This document shows, in pieces, positions 1-5,048 of a stretch of DNA of 9,312 nucleotides. A program made the translations under genes and the position numbers. The notes under the pieces are model-generated. The model was not told the DNA's origin, did not search any database, and worked only from the letters and a program-made list of their open reading frames with translations. The first letter of the stretch is position 1. Each line of letters opens with the position of its first letter. The stretch lies in sequence record Ga0255770_10006719. One strand, given 5' to 3'. The DNA is from a metagenome.

Positions 1-100
1 GTGGTATGATTCTCCCTTCGGGTCTCGTCGAACGACCCAGCGCTGAAGAGCGCTAGAATGAACATGGGAGAGGCCCCGCGTTCGATTCGCGGCATCCCCC
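1..100 (+). tRNA. trnP-CGG: tRNA-Pro (anticodon CGG), 5' ~17 nt cut off by the window edge; 42-nt intron at 23-64 in the canonical 37/38 position
   Basis: GTGGTATGATTCTC at 1-14 matches the D-loop/D-stem region of eukaryotic tRNA-Pro as I recall it. Anticodon stem is CTCCC (12-16) paired with GGGAG (66-70). The loop TTCGGG (17-22) gives anticodon CGG at 19-21. The variable region is AGGCC (71-75). The T arm is CCGCG (76-80), TTCGATT (81-87), CGCGG (88-92). The acceptor 3' strand is CATCCCC (93-99) and the discriminator is C100. A T6 run follows 4 nt downstream. The intron contains a 6-bp palindromic hairpin, AGCGCT (39-44) GAAG AGCGCT (49-54). Confidence 0.8.
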
Positions 101-107
101 TGGATTT
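90..107 (+). repeat. Copy 1 of a perfect 18-bp direct repeat CGGCATCCCCCTGGATTT (last 11 nt of tRNA-Pro plus 7 nt of trailer)
   Basis: Read directly from the sequence; identical to 173-190. Confidence 0.95.
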
Positions 108-110
108 TTT
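105..110 (+). terminator. RNA polymerase III terminator (T6 run) for the tRNA-Pro gene
   Basis: TTTTTT lies 4 nt after the tRNA discriminator base. Runs of at least 4-5 T are the standard Pol III termination signal. Confidence 0.6.
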
Positions 111-172
111 ATAGGCTTATTTCTCCTTAAGTATGTGTCAAATGTCCGACTTTTATGACAAATGTTTAGTTC

Positions 173-190
173 CGGCATCCCCCTGGATTT
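173..190 (+). repeat. Copy 2 of the perfect 18-bp direct repeat CGGCATCCCCCTGGATTT, 83 bp downstream of copy 1
   Basis: Read directly from the sequence. Weaker similarity continues 5' of the repeat (TTC-CGG versus TTCGCGG of the T arm). Confidence 0.95.
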
Positions 191-567
191 ACGGCGGAAT
201 AATTTATAATACGGTTCAACTGTCCGAGTTCTAATACTATCATATTTATATATAGATAGTATTAAGTACTATGGATTTAGAAAATAAAGTATGTACAACT
301 TTGAATGCATCGTTTGTCCGAACTAAATTTTTCCAGTCCTCCCGAGAACTACAAAAACGCGACGGTTCGTCGCACCGCCTCGCTCGCTCGTCACGCGAAC
401 ACTGCTGGGGACGATCGATCGACATGAACGACGCGAACGACGAACGCGTAGGTGAGATCATACATCCGTCTCTGGTGTTACAAATACTTGTTTTAATCTC
501 GCGACGGTGCGGTACCGCATCGATGCCTACGTATCGCTGCACGACGTCGGGGACGTTCGGAGCCGCT

Positions 568-1902
568 CTACGCCGACGGTTGCGCCGACACGCCTTCGAC
601 GTCAGCTGGGTGAGCGCCGGCGGCGGAAGCAGCCGCTCGGCGCGCCGCCCGTGAAGTTGTCGATCCGTGTAGTAATCGAAGCTTAGCTCGAGCCTCCACG
701 TAGGCTGGAGACCGCCACGCGGAGACGCCTTGTCCGGGCGCGGGCGACAAAGATTCGGGCGACTTTGACGACGAACAAGTCTTCTTCGAGGCGCCGACCG
801 AGTGAAATTCAAACTCTTTCGGAACCGTGGGTTCGGGCGTCCACGACGCGCCGTCGAAACGGTTTAGAATTGCATTCTTTTCTTCTCGTAGGCGTCGCGC
901 GCGCTCCTGGCGGGCGAGGTAGGCGTCCAATCCAGAAATTTCCACCGACGGCGGAGTCGCCACCGAGTTCGGCTCGTCTTCGGCGACTCGAGTCGCCGCC
1001 GCCGTAACCTGCTGGGGGTGAAACGTGCAGTCGCGCACCTCATCCTCGAGCTTTGCCTCGCGCTCCGCCTCCAAGATGTGTTCCTTTCGGTCTGCCCAAA
1101 TCTTTGAACGCTCGACAAACGACGTAGGCATCGAAGCCTTCTTCAAGAGCGCCTCTGAGAGCGCCCTCGATCGTCTACCGATGCGTGGCGTAAACGTGCA
1201 CTCCTTCGCATCCTCGTCATCATCCTTCGTCTGCCGGTTTTCCTTCTTCTTCTTCTCGGCGACGACCCGTTTCGGCATCGATGGCGGCGTTTCGGCGGCG
1301 TTTTGTTTTTGCGCCTCGGCGCTTCTGGTGCCCAAATCGACTGGTTCCTTTGGCGTCGGCGTCAGCGTCGGCGTCTTCTTGGTAGCGGTGGCGCGCGCGC
1401 TCTCCCCCCGTCGACGCTGTTCCGCCGCCATGCGTCGACTCAACGCACCAATCTTCGGCGTGAATGTGCACTCCTCGTCTACGTATGCGCTCCTCCTCGG
1501 ACTCCTCGAACCAGCCCCGGCGTGCAACCGCTCCGTCGCCCGACGCAACGCCTCCCCGCTCAACACTAACGGCGTCGCCGCCGCTCTCGACGCCCCAGAC
1601 GCGCGCGTCGTCTCCTCTACGAGTTTTTCCCTCGCCAACGATGCGCGCGTCGGTCGCGCCGCGCTCGTCGGGTGCCGCGTTGAAACCGAAACCGAGCTCG
1701 AACGCGCGATGGAACTCCCCGAAGGCGTCGTCGGCGTTCGCTCACCACTCCCGACGACGTCGTCTACAGAGCTTTCCCTTTCGAGCCACAACGAGTGTTG
1801 CTCGAGTTTATCCCGCCTGCGTCGGTCGAACGGTAGTGTCGCGTGCGTCAGTCGATCCGTGTTCGTGTTCGTTGGTTGAAATCCATTCATTCTTTCACTC
1901 AT
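568..1902 (-). CDS. Uncharacterized low-complexity (Ala/Arg/Ser/Glu-rich) protein with three C-T-F-(T/H)-P motifs, 444 aa from the first in-frame ATG
   Basis: This is the long minus-strand ORF 568..2094. Its track start at 2094 is TTG (plus strand CAA at 2092-2094). The first in-frame ATG is at 1902 (CAT at 1900-1902). Repeated motifs are DEECTFTPKIG (about 1450-1473), AKECTFTPRIG (about 1180-1203) and RDCTFHPQQV (about 1010-1037). A coiled-coil-like stretch (EAEREAKLEDE, ARQERARRLREEK) and a PKEFEF motif lie near the C-terminus. I recognise no named family with confidence. Confidence 0.6.
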   Translation of the reverse strand: MSERMNGFQPTNTNTDRLTHATLPFDRRRRDKLEQHSLWLERESSVDDVVGSGERTPTTPSGSSIARSSSVSVSTRHPTSAARPTRASLAREKLVEETTRASGASRAAATPLVLSGEALRRATERLHAGAGSRSPRRSAYVDEECTFTPKIGALSRRMAAEQRRRGESARATATKKTPTLTPTPKEPVDLGTRSAEAQKQNAAETPPSMPKRVVAEKKKKENRQTKDDDEDAKECTFTPRIGRRSRALSEALLKKASMPTSFVERSKIWADRKEHILEAEREAKLEDEVRDCTFHPQQVTAAATRVAEDEPNSVATPPSVEISGLDAYLARQERARRLREEKNAILNRFDGASWTPEPTVPKEFEFHSVGASKKTCSSSKSPESLSPAPGQGVSAWRSPAYVEARAKLRLLHGSTTSRAARRAAASAAGAHPADVEGVSAQPSA

Positions 1903-1926
1903 TCGTCTGCGTTGATCGATCCGAGT

Positions 1927-1964
<38 letters not shown>

Positions 1965-2154
1965 GCACATCACCGCACACACGAGCGCATCTGGGGCGCG
2001 GTTGGCATCCAGCGCCGTCGACGCCGCCGTCGTAGCCATCGATCGATCGCAGTGACTCTGACTGAGGCGTCGCGTTTTGGCGTTTGTAGACCAAATATAT
2101 GTAACTGTTTGTCCATACACTTTAGGACTCTCGTCGCAACTTCATAATTCACGG

Positions 2155-2817
2155 ATGCGCGGAGCGCGTCAGACGCCGACGCGCTCACCGACGCACGCCT
2201 CGCATCGGCATCTCGTCGTTCTCACTGTCGGCTCTGACCGAAACGACCGAACCGAACCGCATCGGATCATGCCGTGCCCGAAAGGAACGCGAACAAAGGG
2301 ATTGACGCGCAAGTACCACCACAACGCGCGCGTGGCGGCTGTGAAGAAACGCGCGCGCACCGAAGCGTTCGTCGCCAAGGAGGCGTACATCGCGTCGAAG
2401 ATGGCAGAACTTGAGGAGATGGAAAAGGCGACGGCGGTGAACGGGCAAACGTTGGACCGAAGGACGGAATTGGAGCGGGTGATGACGATTCGCGGGGAGT
2501 CGCCGGAACCGGAACCGAGGATAAAGCCGCGCGCGACGTTGGATGTCGGGGCGTATAAAGCGGCGGCGCGGGCGCAAGGGGCTGGGATGGTAGCTGGGGA
2601 AGAGGGTGAACACGTCGTGGCGTCGACGAGCGGTGGGGTTATTGGGAAGTTGACGTTCGATGGAGGAGAAGAGGAGGATGGACGACGAGGGAAAAAGCGC
2701 GCCGCCGGGAAAGACGCCCGAGGAGGAGAGGACGCGGTGGTGCGGATAGGAACCGCGGCGAGGAAGAAGAAGAAGAAGAATAAAAAGCTCAACGCGCGAC
2801 GGGCGAGGCAGTGTTGA
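2155..2817 (+). CDS. Small basic/acidic K/R/E-rich protein, probably nuclear or nucleolar (C-terminal RKKKKKNKKLNARRAR); 220 aa from ATG 2155, or 182 aa from ATG 2269
   Basis: The ORF-track start at 2077 is TTG. In-frame ATGs are at 2155 (MRGARQ..., C at -3) and 2269 (MPCPKGTRTKG..., A at -3). Third codon positions in this frame are overwhelmingly G/C. The antisense ORF 2169..2792 translates to poly-F/S/P junk. No family is recognised. Confidence 0.55.
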   Translation: MRGARQTPTRSPTHASHRHLVVLTVGSDRNDRTEPHRIMPCPKGTRTKGLTRKYHHNARVAAVKKRARTEAFVAKEAYIASKMAELEEMEKATAVNGQTLDRRTELERVMTIRGESPEPEPRIKPRATLDVGAYKAAARAQGAGMVAGEEGEHVVASTSGGVIGKLTFDGGEEEDGRRGKKRAAGKDARGGEDAVVRIGTAARKKKKKNKKLNARRARQC

Positions 2818-2877
2818 GAGAGACGATGACGAAATGATTTGTAGTGCTACCTAAAAACTAAAAACTAATAAAATTCT

Positions 2878-4089
2878 CTAAGCCTCCTCTTCTTCATCCT
2901 CATCATCATCATCTTCATCATCATCAAGAACGACGTCCCTTTCGAGAGTCAAGACGCGGGATATTTGCTCCAAGTATGCGTAAAACTCGTCGTCCAATTC
3001 GGCGTCTGGCATCGCGGCGTACTTGTTGAGCGCGTCAAGCGCGTCCATCCAACGCTCCGTCTTAAAGTAAAGTAAACCCATGGTTCGCGCGAGCGGTGCC
3101 CTGAGCGAATCGTACGGATTACACAGCGTCATGTACTCTGTGATTTGCAGCGCCGTGTCGTACTCTTCGAGACTAAAGTAAATCGACTTGAGATTACCGA
3201 GCATTCTCGTCAGAAATGCCTTTTTCCTCACCTCGGTTTGTTCAAAAAAGCTTCGCTCAATCTGCACCTTGGTGGTGCCCCCACCCAGGAATCCCGACGA
3301 ATTTTTTGACAATATGTCCTCTACCTCTTCGATGAACAAGACGTCACCGCGATTAAAGGGATCGACGAGAATCGCGACGTCTTCCCCCGCCACGGGTCGA
3401 CACAGCAGATGGCCCGGAATCCCGACATCCACCCACCCTCGCACGCCGTCCACGCGCACGCGCTCCGCTATCTCCATGTAAATGAGACAAAGTGTGATAG
3501 GAATTCCAACTTTTCGCCGCAGCACGACGTCCACGCACGAGTTATCGGGGTCGTAGTAATCGTCAGAGTTGCCACGAAACCCGAGCTCATCCGCAAAGCA
3601 CCGAGAAATCGTCTTGATTGTCCTCAGAGGGAACCGTTCGCCGTCCCCGAGCTCGCGCGAGACGCGCTCCTCGATCGCTCGTGCCATATCCTCAATCGTT
3701 TTCCGAACCTCTTCGACATTCAGGCTGGGGTTTTTATGCATGGCTACGTAGCACGCCGCGGCGAGCAAGTCTATCTCTTCTTCATCTTTTCGCATCTCCG
3801 CCTCAAAGAGCGTCAACCCGCGCCTCTGCGCCGCCAACGCGCGCAACGCATCGTCGACCGACGACGACGACGACGATTTCTTTTCGCCCGTCTCGTCCGA
3901 CGAATCGGAATCGTCGCGCGGCGCCAGCCACTGCTCGGCGTCGTTTCGACCGAAGAAGGACCTCGCCCGAGCCCTCGACGCTCGAAGACGCCCTTCACGT
4001 CGACGCCGAAGCGCGCGCGCGTCGACGTACCTCGCCGAGGACGTCGACACGACACGCGACATCATCGTCGTCGTCGTCGTCGCACGCAT
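2878..4089 (-). CDS. SirB1/YchA-like protein (UPF0162: transglutaminase-like fold + C-terminal TPR-like domain) with an organelle-presequence-like N-terminus and an acidic tail
   Basis: ATG confirmed (CAT at 4087-4089); stop TAG at 2878-2880. The core ELGFRGNSDDYYDPDNSCVDVVLRRKVGIPITLCLIYMEIAERV...GIPGHLLCRP...ILVDPFNRG matches the pattern I recall for E. coli YchA/SirB1 (GF.....Y....NS.LD.VL..R.G..I.L...........P.H........I.I.PF.G). The C-terminal ALQITEYMTLCNPYDSLRAPLARTMGLLYFKTERWMDALDAL resembles the TPR part of that family. The N-terminal ~45 aa are T/S/R/A-rich with few acidic residues. The tail is DDDEDDDDEDEEEEA. Confidence 0.8.
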   Translation of the reverse strand: MRATTTTTMMSRVVSTSSARYVDARALRRRREGRLRASRARARSFFGRNDAEQWLAPRDDSDSSDETGEKKSSSSSSVDDALRALAAQRRGLTLFEAEMRKDEEEIDLLAAACYVAMHKNPSLNVEEVRKTIEDMARAIEERVSRELGDGERFPLRTIKTISRCFADELGFRGNSDDYYDPDNSCVDVVLRRKVGIPITLCLIYMEIAERVRVDGVRGWVDVGIPGHLLCRPVAGEDVAILVDPFNRGDVLFIEEVEDILSKNSSGFLGGGTTKVQIERSFFEQTEVRKKAFLTRMLGNLKSIYFSLEEYDTALQITEYMTLCNPYDSLRAPLARTMGLLYFKTERWMDALDALNKYAAMPDAELDDEFYAYLEQISRVLTLERDVVLDDDEDDDDEDEEEEA

Positions 4090-4153
4090 GTTTCGTCGCC
4101 CGAAACCAGACCGCGTCGGCGTGTGAAGAACCCGCGCTTCTTACAGCGGCTCT

Positions 4154-4822
4154 TTACGCCGGCTCTGTGACGACGACTTTCATTTTCTGCGCCTCCGCCC
4201 CCAAGTCGGCGTGCTCTTCTACTACTTCTTCCTCTAACGCAACGCTGAACCCCTTCGGTGCGTCCGGGAGCTCGACCACGGCAGACTCCTCTTCCGCGGC
4301 GACCAACGCGGCGTATTCCTGGTCGACGTCTTCATCCGTCACCGGCGACGCCTCGCCCAAAACCTCAAACCACCGCTTAATCCTCCCCGCATCCGCCGCC
4401 AACGCCTCGACGTCTCCACACGCGGTTTGAATTTCCTTCAACGCCGCGTTTCCACACCTCAACGCGTCGAGCGTCGACTTGGTCGCCTGCGCGGCGTCAA
4501 TCTCTCGCAGAGACGTCTCGCACGCCGACGCGAATCCCGCGAGCTTCGTTCTCAGCGCCTCTCGCGCGCGTTTTCCCGCGAGCGCGCGCTTGCACGACGT
4601 CACATCGCGCATTTCGCGAGCGAGCGCCAAGTCGGCGACGTCGCGGGCGATTTCGACGTCGACGCGCGCGATGGTGGAGGTCATTCGCTCTCGAGTTTGT
4701 TTGAGCTCGAGCACGGCTCGGTCGACGTCGTTGACGCGAAGCGACGGCGGTGCGCGATCGGCGGCCGAAGACGACGACGCGGACGAGGACGAGGCGAGAC
4801 ACGCGGTGAGGGCGGCGCCCAT
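4154..4822 (-). CDS. VPS20: ESCRT-III subunit of the Snf7 family, CHMP6/Vps20-like, 222 aa
   Basis: ATG confirmed (CAT at 4820-4822). The N-terminus MGAALT has Gly2 and Thr6, fitting the N-myristoylation consensus typical of Vps20/CHMP6. VNDVDRAVLELKQTRERM parallels human CHMP6 VTEQDKAILQLKQQRDKL (from memory). GNAALKEI parallels GNECLNKM. The C-terminal half is acidic, and VELPDAP parallels the CHMP6 ELPEVP MIM2-type motif. Confidence 0.85.
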   Translation of the reverse strand: MGAALTACLASSSSASSSSAADRAPPSLRVNDVDRAVLELKQTRERMTSTIARVDVEIARDVADLALAREMRDVTSCKRALAGKRAREALRTKLAGFASACETSLREIDAAQATKSTLDALRCGNAALKEIQTACGDVEALAADAGRIKRWFEVLGEASPVTDEDVDQEYAALVAAEEESAVVELPDAPKGFSVALEEEVVEEHADLGAEAQKMKVVVTEPA

Positions 4823-4898
4823 GTCGAGTCGAGTCGGGGTCTGAAGAGATTGATTCTGATTCTGAAACGATGGATGGATGCTCTTTTTGCAACTGTCT

Positions 4899-4969
4899 CC
4901 CGGGACGCCTCGCGAAAGTTGGAAAAAGTGACTCTGTTGGAGAGTTGATGATTTCTTTCGCGACCCGGG
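4899..4969. repeat. Imperfect inverted repeat: CCCGGG-ACGCC-TCGCGAAAG ... 36-nt spacer ... CTTTCGCGA-CCCGGG
   Basis: TCGCGAAAG (4910-4918) is the exact reverse complement of CTTTCGCGA (4955-4963). Both arms are flanked by the palindrome CCCGGG (4899-4904 and 4964-4969), with a 5-nt bulge on the left arm. The repeat sits in the 226-bp spacer that is both the VPS20 upstream region and the ATAD2-like 3' region. Confidence 0.8.
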
Positions 4970-5048
4970 ATGTCGCGCGCGCGTCGCCGGGCGGTTTAGA
5001 TTACATTAAACCGTGATGAATAATCGATGCGTGTTCACGCGCGCGGTA

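Larger units (their letters stand above)
101..355. other. AT-rich spacer between the convergent 3' ends of tRNA-Pro and the 568..1902 gene; carries a roughly 80-90 bp periodic motif pair and an AT hairpin
   Basis: The segment is visibly AT-rich while the flanks are GC-rich. TGGATTT occurs at 101-107, 184-190 and 272-278. TGTCCGA occurs at 143-149, 221-227 and 315-321, which is 42, 37 and 43 nt after each TGGATTT. TCAAATGTCCGAC (138-150) and TCAACTGTCCGAG (216-228) match at 11 of 13 positions. AAGTATGT occurs at 129-136 and 287-294. There is a 9-bp inverted repeat, TAATACTAT (232-240) and ATAGTATTA (256-264). Confidence 0.5.

Noticed and set aside
1-190. Permuted or split tRNA gene (the 3' half followed by the 5' half, as described in some small algae)
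   Set aside because: No GGGGATG acceptor 5' strand follows the 3' half. A T6 terminator comes directly after the discriminator. The window start is consistent with an ordinary colinear gene whose 5' end lies just upstream of position 1.
246-812. ORFs 246..812 (-) and 271..654 (+) spanning the AT-rich island and the 3' end of the first gene
   Set aside because: Both cross a sharp compositional boundary and overlap the better-supported 568..1902 CDS. They give Arg-rich, motif-free products. They are probably 3' UTR or intergenic sequence.
2067-2105. E2F-like TTTTGGCGT (about 2075-2083) and a TATA-like AAATATAT patch (2093-2100) in the divergent promoter; also ATCCCGCGC near 9256
   Set aside because: Each deviates from the consensus (TTTSSCGC, TATAWAW) by at least one position. 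Single short matches are expected by chance, and the sequence alone gives no positional support.
2169-2792. Minus-strand ORFs (2169..2792, 207 aa; 2185..2613) antisense to the plus-strand K/R-rich gene
   Set aside because: The translation starts MSFLFFFFFFLAAV and is Pro/Ser/Arg-rich junk. The plus-strand frame has strongly G/C-biased third codon positions.
3409-4430. Plus-strand ORFs 3409..4170 (253 aa) and 3618..4430 (270 aa) overlapping the SirB1-like and VPS20 genes
   Set aside because: They are antisense to two ORFs with clear family similarity, and their products are Arg/Ser/Thr/Pro-rich with no motifs.
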